Shown here one piece after another: positions 1 to 12,321 of a DNA stretch of 64,000 nucleotides. The DNA is from Carcharhinus longimanus (Eukaryota), in the NCBI GenBank assembly GCA_030264375.1, contig JASCQW010000072.1:93551368-93615367 (forward strand). Reading direction: 5' to 3'. The translations under genes and the position numbers were made by a program. Within the stretch, counting starts at the first letter, position 1. Each line of letters opens with the position of its first letter. The notes beneath the pieces are model-generated. The model saw only the letters and a program-made list of their open reading frames with translations. It was not told the DNA's origin and ran no database searches.

Positions 1-59
1 CAGTACTCTGGTGTGGTGGAAATGTTACTCAACAGCCCAAGCCAGTGTTGTTCAGGTCC

Positions 60-176
60 TGCTGCATTTGACCATAAACTGCTTCATTATCTAGGAATTG
101 TGGATGACACTGAACATTGTGTTCGCATCAGCACGCCTCTCTGATCTAACTTTATGATAGAAAGAAGGTAATTGAT
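60..176 (-). mobile_element. Degraded CR1-clade LINE RT fragment
   Basis: Minus strand reads INYLLSIIK..(A)DANTMFSVI with frameshift, resembling INDLPSIIRSEVGMFADDCTMFS. Confidence 0.55.
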
Positions 177-520
177 GGGGAGCTGGTAGTGTAGTAGTAT
201 TGTCACTGGACTATAGTGCTCTAGGGGCCTAGGTTCAAATCCCACCCTAGTGGGTGGTAAAATTTGAATTTAACAAAAAAATCTAGATTTAAAAGTCTAA
301 CGATGACCATGAAGCTATTGCCAATTGTCATAAAAACCCAGCTGGTTAACTAATGTCCTTTAGGGAAGGAAATCTGCCATCCTTATCTGATCTGGCCTAC
401 ATGTGACTCCAGATCTACAGCAATATGGTTGACTCTGAAATGCCATTAAGTCCATGGGCAATTAGGGACAGGCAATAAGTGCTGGACTAGCCAGTAATGC
501 CCACATCCCATAATGAATAA
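177..520 (+). mobile_element. tRNA-derived SINE, family B
   Basis: A/B-box head (gtgtagtagta; ggttcaaatccc), body aggaaatctgccatccttatctgatctggcctacatgtgactccag, tail gggcaattagggacaggcaataagtgctgg; about 10 copies in window. Confidence 0.85.
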
Positions 521-584
521 GGATGGTTGGATCTAAGACACTATTCTGAGGAATTCCTGCAAAATTGCCCGAGGGTTGAGATGC

Positions 585-1347
585 CACGGTGCAGAGGGAC
601 CTGGGGGTCTTTGTGCAAGAATTGCAAAAGCCCAGTCTGCAGGTACAGCAGGTGATCAAGAAGGTGAATGGAATGTTGGCATTTATAGTGAGGGGGATAG
701 AATATAAAAGCAAGGANNNNNNNNNNNNNNNNNNNNNNNNNNNNNNNNNNNNNNNNNNNNNNNNNNNNNNNNNNNNNNNNNNNNNNNNNNNNNNNNNNNN
801 NNNNNNNNNNNNNNNNNNNNNNNNNNNNNNNNNNNNNNNNNNNNNNNNNNNNNNNNNNNNNNNNNNNNNNNNNNNNNNNNNNNNNNNNNNNNNNNNNNNN
901 NNNNNNNNNNNNNNNNNNNNNNNNNNNNNNNNNNNNNNNNNNNNNNNNNNNNNNNNNNNNNNNNNNNNNNNNNNNNNNNNNNNNNNNNNNNNNNNNNNNN
1001 NNNNNNNNNNNNNNNNNNNNNNNNNNNNNNNNNNNNNNNNNNNNNNNNNNNNNNNNNNNNNNNNNNNNNNNNNNNNNNNNNNNNNNNNNNNNNNNNNNNN
1101 NNNNNNNNNNNNNNNNNNNNNNNNNNNNNNNNNNNNNNNNNNNNNNNNNNNNNNNNNNNNNNNNNNNNNNNNNNNNNNNNNNNNNNNNNNNNNNNNNNNN
1201 NNNNNNNNNNNNNNNNNNNNNNNNNNNNNNNNNNNNNAGGGCGGGAATGTGGAACTGAGCCACGACAGATCAGCCATGATCTTATTGAAGGGCGGGGCAG
1301 GCTCGAAGGGCTAGTTGGCCTACTCCTGCTCCTATTTCTTATGTTCT
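585..1347 (+). mobile_element. CR1/HER1 LINE 3' part spanning a gap
   Basis: QRDLGVFVQELQKPSLQVQQVIKKVNGMLAFIVRGIEYKSK; 3' UTR ggctcgaagggctagttggcctactcctgctcctatttcttatgttctatgttct. Confidence 0.9.
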
Positions 1348-1632
1348 ATGTTCTTTTAACTATTTGTGTGGTGAGATAAGGGAGAGGAGTTTTCCTTTGG
1401 ATCTCACCAGGAAGTTGATGTCCTGTCATGATCTCTGACAAAAACAGATGATTGAGTTCAGTGACCATTTTCTCTGATAAGACAAAGTTGCTCCAGGGTC
1501 CCCCATCCTTTATAGAATCTTCCCCATTTTCATTCTGTTCATTGTTGCTCAATTCATAAAGACAAAAGTCCATCCCAGTAGGTTATCTACTTCCATCTAC
1601 AGCAGCTTCTTTGTTATCTCATGCAACCCTAT

Positions 1633-1922
1633 CACAGTGGTTAGCATTGCTGCCTCACAGCACCAGGGACCCGTGTTCGATTCCCGGCTTGGATCACTAT
1701 CTGTGCGGTATTTGCATGTTCTCCCCATGTCTGCATGGGTTTCCTCTGGGTGCTCTGCTTACCTTAACAGTCTGAAAGACGTGTTGGTTAGGTGCATTGG
1801 CCATGCTAAATTCTCCCTCAGTGTTCCTGAACAGGCACCAGAGTGTGGCGCCTAGGGGATTTTCAGAGTAACTTCATTGGTGTTAATATGAGCTTACTTG
1901 TGAGACTAATGAATAAACTTTA
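1633..1922 (+). mobile_element. V-SINE (HE1-like body), tail type A
   Basis: gtggttagcattgctgcctcacagc head, ggttcgattccc-like B box, V-core, tail ggggattttcagagtaacttcatt...taaacttt. Confidence 0.9.
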
Positions 1923-4184
1923 ATACTTTAAACTCTTAATATTATGTTATAACAGAACTGTCACATAGATGACAGTTGTATTAGGATGTTTTGGAGTGAC
2001 TTAAAAAGAATACTCATGGTATAATGGCTTCACAAAATATTTAGCTTGAAATTTAAATTTAACACGTGGATTTGTGGCATAAAGATTATTCACAATGAAG
2101 TAAAAGGGATGTTCCGCTGGTGAGTAACCAGCGGGATTGACTTTCTAACTTCATTACTCATAAATTATGAGTTCATCCAGTGAATGGGATCCCCTGTGCA
2201 GTCCACTGTTTTTTGGTGCCACTCAGCACGGTGTGCGCTCTTTGCTGACACAGCTGGTTCTAATCCTGACACTTGTGCAGGTTTCTGTGTGATGTGGTTC
2301 AGTGAGCAAGGTGAGACAAAATAACCCTGTAATCATTCACTCACACACAAACTGATGATGATTGTTTGGAATTTTTAAAAAAACAATGCTTACAGTAAAG
2401 CTACCAGTGAGTGAGTGCATTCAGACTTGTATGGGTGCAGGTTACAAAATGGTGTATTACGTTCAATTTAAATGTGTATTATTTACGGTTGCACTCAGTG
2501 CTGTGGAGGAGGGCAGCTCCAGTGATAATCAATAGTGCATGTTAAAAAAAGAAGAGATTAATATTGAAAATAGATGCCATTAAACATGTGCAGGCTACTT
2601 TTTTCAGTTGTCTACCCATAAGAATTAACAATGTTTATTCCGCAATACACATAATTTAAGAATGTGGGAAAGCGTTAGGATAAAAACAGTTTTTGACTTG
2701 TTGATATTGGCATTGCCTTATTATTTTCTCCCTTGTGTCTTTTAATGTCCGCCATATTTTCCATTCAGGAATTAATGGGACAACATTAGTAACTACTGTT
2801 AAGGCAAACGTTTTGTGATAACTCAGATCGACTCGGCAACTGGCATTTTTACTGTCCTTGGGACTCCTTATATGTAGTTATAATAAGAAATGCTACAGAA
2901 ATATGTAGGATGTTGCACTGCATTAGTTTATTTTGCCTTAGTTATAATTGCAGTTGGAAAACATCCCCAATGCGGAAGGTCCAAGAACCATTGTGTTGTC
3001 TGTCGGAGCTTCAAAGAGTCATCCAAATGGACTGAATAAGGGCTTAAAAGAATAAAGCTTAGCACTAGTTGGAAAGCACATTACTTTTGTAAGTAAATAC
3101 TCCTTGTAGTGTACATATTTGAAGTACAAATATATTAAATCATAAACCTTTAAATAAATATAGTTGAAGCAAACAACATTTGTTTTTGGCAGATCCATCA
3201 GTAGTACTTAAAAAAATGAGTGGCAAGCATTTAAGAAATTATCTGTATTTTTGTTGCCATATTTATCCTGATTTTCAAAAGCAGCAACAATATATAGTGC
3301 AATGTGAAATATCTGCCACGTCCGCACTGAAAGGCTGTGTAAATGGCAGCTTCATAGTATGCCGTATAAAGCTCATATTGTGAAAAGGTCATTTTTTTTC
3401 AAACAAGGTTATTTTCCTGTTGTTAGTGCACCACTGTAGTAGTTACAATGGGAATAGGATTACAGCGGAAAAGATGTTGAGAGAGAGAGGAGAAACTGGA
3501 GTGGACTTAGAAGATGGCTGAAATAAATGTGCGAATTCTAGGAGAATCTGGAAAAAGTTTCTGTCTCTACAACAAAAACAAATAAGGGTTTAGGAATAGT
3601 TATTTAATCTGTATATAATATTTTTAATGATCAGTAATATGTGAGTAATATAGAGCATCATGCTCAGTTAATCCTTCACGATCTACATCATAAGCACATT
3701 CAATTTAAATAAAGTACAAATACCTGATATCTTTTATCCTCACTGGCTCCTCTTTTGATGATGTTTATCAGTGCAGGCTTTAACATAATCCTGCTGCATA
3801 TCATGACATTTAAGCCTCTCTTCTGTGGTTTTATTTGATATCAATTTTGTTACCTTAAGCCACACCATAATTCTCTCTTGAATGGTTTACTGCCTTGTAA
3901 TATTTAAATATATGTGTAATAAAATTTAAAGGGTTACAATATAAAACAAAATTTTAAAACTGCTTTCAACATACACCAGCATGTTTAAATGTTATTGCCT
4001 TTTTTTAAAATTACCCCTTTCTTGCCAGTTTTCTCCTCTCCATCTCTTCTAACTCCTTGGAAAAGTTTTAAACATCAAATATTACAGAGAAACTCGACTT
4101 TATATTAACAACTCTAGTTATTCCATTCTGCATCATTCCATCACTTAAAAAATATGATTCCACCAGAACAACAGTGCATTCAAT

Positions 4185-4575
4185 GGCTGCAGAGAAGACA
4201 AATAATAAGCAAAATGTAATGGAAATAAGCTATGGAAAAGATCAGAGAGGCTTCAATTATCCAGTCTGAATATATAAAGTTTAAGGAGACATCTCATTGA
4301 GATACATAAAATATTAAACAAAGCAAACACAAAATATCACGATAAGATTACTTAAGCTAGTCAGACAAGGGTACATAAATTTATCCCAGCGAAAGGAAAT
4401 ATAAGACAAATCCTAGGAAACATTTTTTTTACTGCTAGGGTAATAAATATTTGGATTAATCAGTGAAGTAAAATTGTGGAATCAAATATGTTAGAAGAGT
4501 TCAGGATTCTAAGATTGGGTAAATTGAAATGGCAGAGTGACGAGCTTGATGGACTGATAGATTCTTTTTCCTTAA
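4185..4575 (+). mobile_element. Old CR1 LINE 3' end
   Basis: LQRR..., LRRHLIEIHKIL, ggaaacatttttttactgctagggtaataaatatttgg; CR1-like tail gagcttgatggactga. Confidence 0.6.
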
Positions 4576-4649
4576 GCTGGGAGTGGCAGTGGTACCGAAT
4601 CTGACAGCATGATGCGATCAACACTTGGTTGATTAATCATCTACTTTGT

Positions 4650-5045
4650 TTATTTTTTCACAGGATGTGGGCATCACCGGGAAGGCCAGCAGTTTTTGCC
4701 TGGCCCTAAATGCCCTGGAACTGAGTGGCTTGCTAGGCAACTTCAGAGGGGAGTTGAGAGTCAGCCGCATTGCTATGGGTGTACATGTAGGTCAGGCCAG
4801 GTAATGGCGGTTGGCAGACTTCATTCCCGAGTCCTGAAAGGACATTTATAGTGACATATTTTACAGCCGTCGTTGATAATTGTCATGGCCACCTTTACTG
4901 AGGCTAGCTTTATATTCCAGATTTATTACTTGAACTAAAATTCCATCAGCTGCTCTGGTGGGATTTGAACCCGAGTCCCCAAAGTGCTATACTGGGCCTT
5001 TGGATTACTGATCCAGTGACACTACCACGATGTCACCATCTCCCT
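4650..5045 (-). mobile_element. SINE family B
   Basis: Reverse complement of the 177-520 family (ggatgtgggcatc...gggatttgaaccc...accacgatgtcaccatctcccc). Confidence 0.85.
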
Positions 5046-5765
5046 GTGGTGGCTACAGTTACAAACTATTCCATGATTTGTAAGTGTACATTGTCAATTA
5101 TGATTCATTTCCAGAATTGTCAGTTTTAGTTAGTTCTTTCTGCCCAATACCTCAATGACATCATCAACATTCACAGTTTAAATAAATGTTTGTCATAAAA
5201 TGAACAAAAACAGACAAAGCCAAAGGAAATCTGTGGGCAGACTTCTCCCAATTAGAGACCAAGTCCTGTGGCAGGGCGTTCTGGATGGTATGTAATACAT
5301 TGTCAAGTCCATGTGCCTTATTGAAAAGGCAACATCACTGACCCACTATTGAGGAAAGAATGTAGACGTTCTGAAAATGAAAATGAACCTCTGGGAGCAC
5401 TCTGAACCCGGAAGATGAGAAAGAAGATGGTTCTGTAGGAAAATTCTGAAACTGGATGAAGGACCCCCTCCTGGACACCCAATCTACGAGGTCCACTTGC
5501 AGATAGGTTGCCAACCCACTGCTCCAGTGTTCCAGGGTCAGAGTTACGGACAGCCTTCATGCTGAACTCCAAAGGCAGACCCAGGCATTGTTCAGATAAG
5601 TCCTGAAGCCAAATATTCTTGCTTCTTGCTTGCTGTCATAGCAAGTGTCCCAGATATTGTATCTGTGACACTGCCTTAGGTTTGATCCTTTGTTTTGAGT
5701 TCACGGTAACCCTCCTTTTGGTTCAAAAACTTCTGATTGTAATGATCTTTCGATTCAGAGGTAGA

Positions 5766-5892
5766 GGGTGGGATTTTCTGGCCGCGTTCACCCCTAAGAC
5801 AGAAAACCCCTCCCGAGGGCAATGGATCTTTGCATGGTCTGTGTCCGGCCTGCTATGATTCCCATGAAGGGCAGGAGGGGAAAATTCTGCCT
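5766..5892. mobile_element. ~125-bp MITE, PIF/Harbinger-like
   Basis: TIRs gggtgggattttct / ggaaaattctgcct flanked by AGA on both sides; similar copies across the window. Confidence 0.75.
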
Positions 5893-5932
5893 AGAATCTA
5901 CAAACCTGTAACTGGTTAAATGTAGATGTAAG

Positions 5933-6123
5933 ATAAAAGCAAATTGCTGTGGATGCTGGAATCTGAAACTAGAAGAGAAAATGCTGGAAAATCTCAGCAG
6001 GTCTGGAAGCATCTGTAAGGAGAGAAAAGAGCTGACGTTGTCAGAGATGGCCCTTTGTCAAAGCTTTGTCAAAGGATCACCTGGACTCAAAGCATCAGTT
6101 TTTTTCTCTCCTTCCGGATGCTG
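5933..6123. mobile_element. Penelope-like element fragment with inverted repeat
   Basis: gatgctggaatctgaaac...gcatctgtaaggagagaaaagagctgacg pairs with catcagttttttctctccttccggatgc; decayed hammerhead-like core in the middle. Confidence 0.65.
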
Positions 6124-7905
6124 TAAATGTTAGACGTTTACGTCCAAACAATTCTTTATCACTACAGCTCTTGTTGCTAGGTCAGCCATTATCCAAAAAA
6201 AGATGTGCAAAATTGTTTGGAGTGTGAATTCAGCACAATTGCCCAAGGACAATGGACAGTCCAGAGGGAGCACATTTTCATCTAATGCCCTCATCTGGAC
6301 AAGCAAATGTTCCTGTGTGTGTACAAATACAGTCTACATCAGTAGTCTTGAAGTGTTTCTATGTCAGACACTCCATGGGAATAATAATATGTTTCAGGGA
6401 GAACCTCTGACTCCTGTTGATCATTAGTCAAGGCTGGGGACAGAAAGATCCTGCTGAATTTAATAGCAGGACTTCAACTTTATTTTTCAGTCTCGCGTCT
6501 GGCAGTCAGATTGGTCAGGAAAACAAGTGGCAGGAGGTAGAAAGCTGGAGATCGCTGTATGAGGACAAGAGTTGGGGGAGAAGGAGCAAAAAAGAAGCCA
6601 CCAAAGTATGTTGGAAGGCTGATTGTACATGGAAAGACCATGACAGCGGGAAAGGATCTGCAATCATAACAGGGGTGAGGGGTAGAGGGAGGCCACAATT
6701 GGCAAAGGAGAGGCTTCCTGGAGGGACTTGGTTAAAGTGCTTTAAAGGACAACTATCGTCTTTAATTCCGATTCTCCATCAGTTTTAGGTTTTTTCAAAA
6801 ATACCCACACCCTTGCTCCACAATCCTGTCTGTCCAAAGAGGGTTAATACTGTCACCAACGTGTCCGTTACTTAATCTCAAAAAGATATTGAAGAAGTCT
6901 AATGATTTATAAAGTTCATGTCGAATCTCGGGATCCCATTTAAAAAAAACCTGTAGTTTGACACTTCAATTTAAACAAGGTGTTCTGAACTTGCCTACAT
7001 TGGTTGAGTTTAACTGAAAATGGTGAGAGTGCATTTATATCCATTCACCAGAGTGTGGTTGAGTGGGGTCTCCTGAGAGCATCTGTGTACACTCAAATTT
7101 AAAAGTGCAAGCATGCATCTACTCATGTGATGATTACTGATAGGATTCAGTGACCCATGGTATGTGGAGAAGCCCTTTCTCTTCAGAGAACTTCTGGTGA
7201 GTAATCGTTCCTTTAATGTCAAATTTTCTGCATGCCATTCAGTTGCATTGTATATTTTGACAACATAACTACCCGTAACCTATTGTAATATGTATCACCT
7301 ACACTACAATTAGCAATGCTGTACTCAGGTGCATAGCTATATTACTGTTACCTTCCTTATAATATTACATTGCTGCATCCTTTTCCTGCTGATTGTGCTG
7401 CATTAATGAGGTAAATATAGGCAAAGCAGTAGTCACAGTAGCGCTTTCATTTATTAGCTCACTTTCAGATTATTCCACATAATTAGATCATTATTTTACA
7501 AGTCTATTTAAAGGTCATTACTAAAGAGGATTCTGTGTTGCAGATATGCCTGAAATTCTTTCAATTTATTTAATAAATAACTGCAGTGCAACATAGTAGA
7601 AATAGAGGGGGCAGCGTACATTTGAAACTGATGCTCCCCAGATCTGTGGATCAAAATGAAATGTCACATCTACTCTGTCTGTTCTTGTAGGGATTATAAA
7701 CGCCCTCCGCTATTTAGGGAATTACTGATATTGGCATTTTAAGTTTGCCAGTTGAACTGATTGTTTGAGTAAAAAGCAGTAAAAAGTAATGTTGCAACAA
7801 ACTCAAAATAAGATAAAATAAAAGGGTTGGTTTATTTTGCACACACACAAAATGCGAGGAAAAGGGTTTTGCAACACCCCTTTTTACGCTCATACAATAA
7901 AAGCT

Positions 7906-8175
7906 GGCAGCACTGCAGCACAGTGGTTAGCACTGCTGCCTGTGAACGCCAAGGACCGGGGTTCGATTCCCGCTTGAGTCACTGTCTGTGCGGCGTGTGC
8001 AAATTTAAATTGCTTCTAGTGTGTAGGTTAGATTGATGAGCTATGGTGGATTCGCTGAGTTTGGGAATAGGGCGGGGAGGTGGAGGGGAAGGGTGGTGCT
8101 CATGGGATGCTCTTGGGAAAGTCAGTGCAGACTTGATGGGCCGAATAGCCTCCTTCTGTAGTGTAGGGATTCTCT
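7906..8175 (+). mobile_element. HE1 V-SINE with CR1/HER1 tail, internally deleted
   Basis: SINE head, then tail gtgcagacttgatgggccgaatagcctccttctgtagtgtagggattct. Confidence 0.85.
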
Positions 8176-8209
8176 GAGCTGTGAAAGCTGAGATGGAGCC
8201 ACCCTTAAC

Positions 8210-8960
8210 TAAGCCTGAGTTAGTAGCTTGGGGTGGAGATAGACTTGAGGCTTAAGGCATTTGGGTATTTATGGGAAAATGAAGAGATAACATTTATTTT
8301 TCAACGCTTAAGCTGAAGGAAATTTGATTTATGATAGACTAGACATCAGATCAGTTGGTGGCAATAGCTGTGGGGTTGAGGACGGAGAAGCAGCTGAAGT
8401 GGGTGCTATCAGAATACTGTATGCAGAAAAGCTGATCCAAGCTTCAATATAACACCTCCAGGGGCAAGCGCTGACGTGGTGATGAGGAGTGAACCAGAAT
8501 ACACTTCTGGTGGACAACACAGGTGGCACTATGGACATGGAAGGTGAAACCACTTGAGGAAATATCTCTGCTATGCTGCAAAGTAGGACTGAAACCAGGG
8601 TGAACAGTGCCATGGAGCTTACCACCTATTCTCAAAGGCAGCAGAATAATTGAAATAAAGCTGATGTAGTTTTGTACTCGGGCAAATAAGATAACAGTAC
8701 AGGAACAGGAAGAAAACATGACAGAAGATTCGCCGGGTATGATTAAATAGATCAAAATGAGGGTCGTTCCATCCAGTTGGACAATGGTAGAGAGCCAAAT
8801 TTGGTGATAGATAGCCAACTTGGTTACCTTCCAAAGATGCTGCAGCTTATACCCAGTGTACTTGCAGCTTCAAAGGCCGGTGTCCTTCAGGGCAGTGGGG
8901 CAGTAGAAGGAAAAGTGCCTGAGCTCTGATGGAATCATTGGGCATTTAAGGGAGCACAAA
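8210..8960 (-). mobile_element. Old L2 LINE RT fragment
   Basis: Minus strand YSDSTHFS is a decayed YADDTQLY; preceded by VVHQKCILVHSSS, a decayed GVPQGSILGP region. Confidence 0.5.
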
Positions 8961-9244
8961 CCTGAGACATAATGCCTTTCAGTGGAGAGTCCTAGATTAT
9001 GAAGGCTACAACATGAGAAGACTTGTGTATGAAAGTTTGGTTATAAGCTTTGCCAGGTTGTAAGATTTAGGAGTTTTGAGGTATCAAACATTTTTAAATA
9101 AAATCATGATTTCTGAATGTTTAATCCAAAACAAAGTGATCCTCAGCTATGCTTGACCTAACAAGATACGTGTTTGTGAATTTAGCAGAATTTATTGGTT
9201 AAATGTAAAATACACTTAACAAGAGCCAATGAAGATACTGTTAT

Positions 9245-9435
9245 CTCTGGTGTTCCCCAGGAGCTATCAGTAGTCCCTTCCTAGTTCTCATCTGCAACCT
9301 GCCACTCAGTTACAGGAAATTCAATGCCAGTTTTCATATGTACACTGAAGCTACACTTCACTATCTCCTCTGTTGACCCTCCATTTGTCTCTAAGTTCTC
9401 AGATTGTTTGTTTAATGCCCAGCACTGAATGAGCC
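9245..9435 (+). mobile_element. L2 LINE RT fragment
   Basis: SGVPQ...LVLICNLPLS...FHMYTEATLHYL, then SKFSDCLFNAQH*MS. Confidence 0.75.
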
Positions 9436-9864
9436 TGGAAATACTTCATTCTTTAAGGGCCCAGGATTCCTTGAATGTTGACAGCACAGCCAAAATCTGT
9501 TTCAGGGTTACTGATGAATTACGTCTCAGAAGAAGTATACCACTGAAGCAATGGTAAAACTGTGCCAACAAAAATACTAATTTTACAGTTTTTATCCTCA
9601 CTTCTCATTATTTCTTCATTGCAATGTTAATGTAAGCCTATTTGTGACACACTAATAACTAAACTTTCCCTTATTTGGGAAGAATCCAATTTATCCTTTT
9701 TTCATTGATTATAGGTGAGTGTCATCCCACCTTTGCAGCTCTTGTTTCATAAGTCATATGCTAAGTGAGAGCTCTGTTTCTTATTTCCTTAGGTCCCAGA
9801 ACTTTACATTTCATTGCAAACAAATGCCACATCCTTCAGCTTTAGGTTACCTATATATAAACAG

Positions 9865-10621
9865 TGTCACATCCTCTTGTCAATAGGACACCTATTGTAA
9901 ACACTCACATGAATAAACTCTAAGCCATTCCTACAAATACTAAACTATTAAGAACAAATCTTAAAAACACTTCCTACCATAAGATCAGAATTTAAAGGAT
10001 TCCCTCCAACACAGATTAATTAAAGCAATACATACTTTATTCAAACATAAGGTGTCATCCTAAGTTCAGACTATTGAAGTCAATACTTTTAACTATTCCT
10101 TCAAAGCAGCCAACTCCTTGAATTCAGATCCAAGGATCCGTTGAAGTCATAAACTGCCTTTAAGTGTAATTCCTTACAAATAATTCCCTTCCCATTCCCC
10201 ATTTATCTTGATTGCCAATTGTCTAACAGAAATTCAAACTGAACTTTGTTTTAAAAAGTGGCAAACTTAAAAATTCATAAACATTAGTTCTCCCTATAAG
10301 CTACTCCTAGGAATACAATACTATTATCAAAATCTCACCAGGGTCAGGTAGAAGTTAACATTCCACAGCGTGAATGGAAATTCAGCCTTTCACTTTTCCC
10401 AGTTGAAACTGCACCTTTGCTCCCTACTCCACACCAAGCCACTATCTATGCAACCTGCCCCTGTTAATATCCAGGCTAATCTTTCTCCAGATGTTCCTTC
10501 AGTTATACTGAAAACACATCTCAGACATCCTTCAGCTCGGCAGGTTTTTATTAAAACCTCAGTGGAAACAATGATTATGCCCATATTTTAAACAATTATT
10601 TGTATTGCCAAGAAAATCACA
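9865..10621. mobile_element. Possible solo LTR
   Basis: TGTCAC...TCACA ends and A/C-skewed composition like the 17658-18447 element; no TSD found. Confidence 0.35.
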
Positions 10622-11014
10622 TTGTGAAAACTCTGCTCAAGTCCAAGGAAATTAATACTGCTATTACATTTTACCTGAAGTACAATTGAGCAGCAACTGT
10701 AGTGTTTTAATGCCAACTGGACAGTAAAATGATACGCATAGGAATGGAAAACCTTTTTGACTGTCAGTGTTTCCACCCATTCTGTTTAGCTATGTCTCCC
10801 TCAGTAGAAGATTGTTTTTTTCTCCCTTTACTCTTTGTCTTGTTTCTCTACTTTTCCTGATTCTTTCTTGGAATGTGGGTATCCCTGCTAAGGCCAGAAT
10901 TCATTGTTGACCACCAATTGCCCTTGAGAAGGTCCCAGTAAGCCACTGTCTTGAACTGCTGCTGTGCACTGTAGGCACTTGCTTATTGTTTCCTCAAACA
11001 ATGTATGTTTAAGT

Positions 11015-11296
11015 TCAAGTTTTTATTAGTCACAAGTAGGCTTACATTAACACTGCAGTGAAGCTACTGTGAAAATCCCTTAGTCGCCACATTCCGGCAC
11101 CCATTCAGGTACCCTGAGGGAGGATTTAGCATGACCAATGCACCAAACTAGCATGTCTTTGGGACTGTGGGAGGAAACTGGAGCACCCAGAAGAAACCCA
11201 CGCAAACATGGGGAGAACGTGCAGACTCTGCACAAAAAGTGATCCAAGCTGGGAATCGAACCTGTGAGGCAGCAGTTCTAATCACTGTGCCACTGT
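11015..11296 (-). mobile_element. V-SINE, tail type A
   Basis: ttattagtcacaagtaggcttacattaacactgc...gggaatcgaacc...cactgtgccac. Confidence 0.9.
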
Positions 11297-11944
11297 AACT
11301 CAACCTCTCTCCACAAAAAAATTGGGTAACAAAGAAGCTATTGGGAGAACATTGGTTTCAAAAAAGCAATGAATGCTTAATTAAATTAGAACATGCATCT
11401 GATAGGTTGAGGACGATTCAATCTGGCTTGAGCAATAAAAGGTTGTATAGACAGCAGAAGAAATATGTACAACAAGGTCTGACCAGATTACAAATGCGGC
11501 TGCTCTGCTCAACTTCCTGGCTCCAACTGTGAGTCTGTCCTTGATCTGTAATTCGTACCGGCCTGTTGACTGGCTCAGCTTCCTGCTGGGATGATCCAAA
11601 GTATCCTCACTCATCAAGAAAGGATCACGCTACTACAAGACAGAATATCGGCCGGAATTCTCCCAAAAAAATTTCTAAGTGTCGAATTTGGGTGAAAACT
11701 GGAGTAATTCATATTAGTTTTTTTCAGTGGGAGCTCAGAGAAGAATCTCCCACGCTGTGCACTCCAGAGGCCACTTGCGTATATATATCATTAAAAGTCA
11801 ATGGGCTGCAGGCCTCTATTCCTACTGGAGAGGTCGGCAGCATAGCATTGAGTGGGCCACTGCCCATGCACTGATCTGTCAGCGCCAAGATCGGTGCATG
11901 TGCAGTAGCCCCGCGCTGCCAGCCTCCCGATTTCTGGCCAACTC

Positions 11945-12321
11945 AGTGACTGTAAGAAGTCTCACAACATCAGGTTAAAGTCCAACAGGTTTATTTGTAG
12001 CAAACGCCACTAGCTTTTGGAATTGGCCATTCCTTCATCAGGTGGGTGGGAGTTCTGAATTCTGAGTTCTGAACTCCCACCCACCTGACGAAGNNNNNNN
12101 NNNNNNNNNNNNNNNNNNNNNNNNNNNNNNNNNNNNNNNNNNNNNNNNNNNNNNNNNNNNNNNNNNNNNNNNNNNNNNNNNNNNNNNNNNNNNCTGACGA
12201 AGGAACAGCCAGTTCTGAAAGCTAGTGGCGTTTGCTACAAATAACCTGCTGGACTTTAACCTGATGTTGTGAGACTTCTTACTGTGTTTACCCCAGTCCA
12301 GTGCTGGCATTTCCACATCAT
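11945..12321. mobile_element. Penelope-like element, head-to-head inverted repeat with hammerhead motifs
   Basis: ~100-bp inverted arms; right arm ctgacgaaggaacagccagttctgaaagctagtgg...ccagtccagtgctggcatttccacatcat; flanked by aactc on both sides. Confidence 0.85.
12194..12228 (+). ncRNA. Minimal type I hammerhead ribozyme motif (PLE-associated)
   Basis: CUGACGA-A-(G)GAAC-agcca-GUUC(U)-GAAA-GC-UA-GUGG; the CCAC strand of helix I lies at 12081-12084 across an apparently spurious gap. Confidence 0.6.

Noticed and set aside
462-1314. 240-271 aa ORFs and other X-containing ORFs
   Set aside because: Their length is an artefact of translating N gaps
1633-1700. tRNA genes at the many A/B-box heads
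   Set aside because: All continue into SINE cores and lack a complete cloverleaf
6480-6790. Possible ancient L2 fragments here and at ~16330-16700
   Set aside because: Composition is suggestive but the sequence is too decayed to support a call
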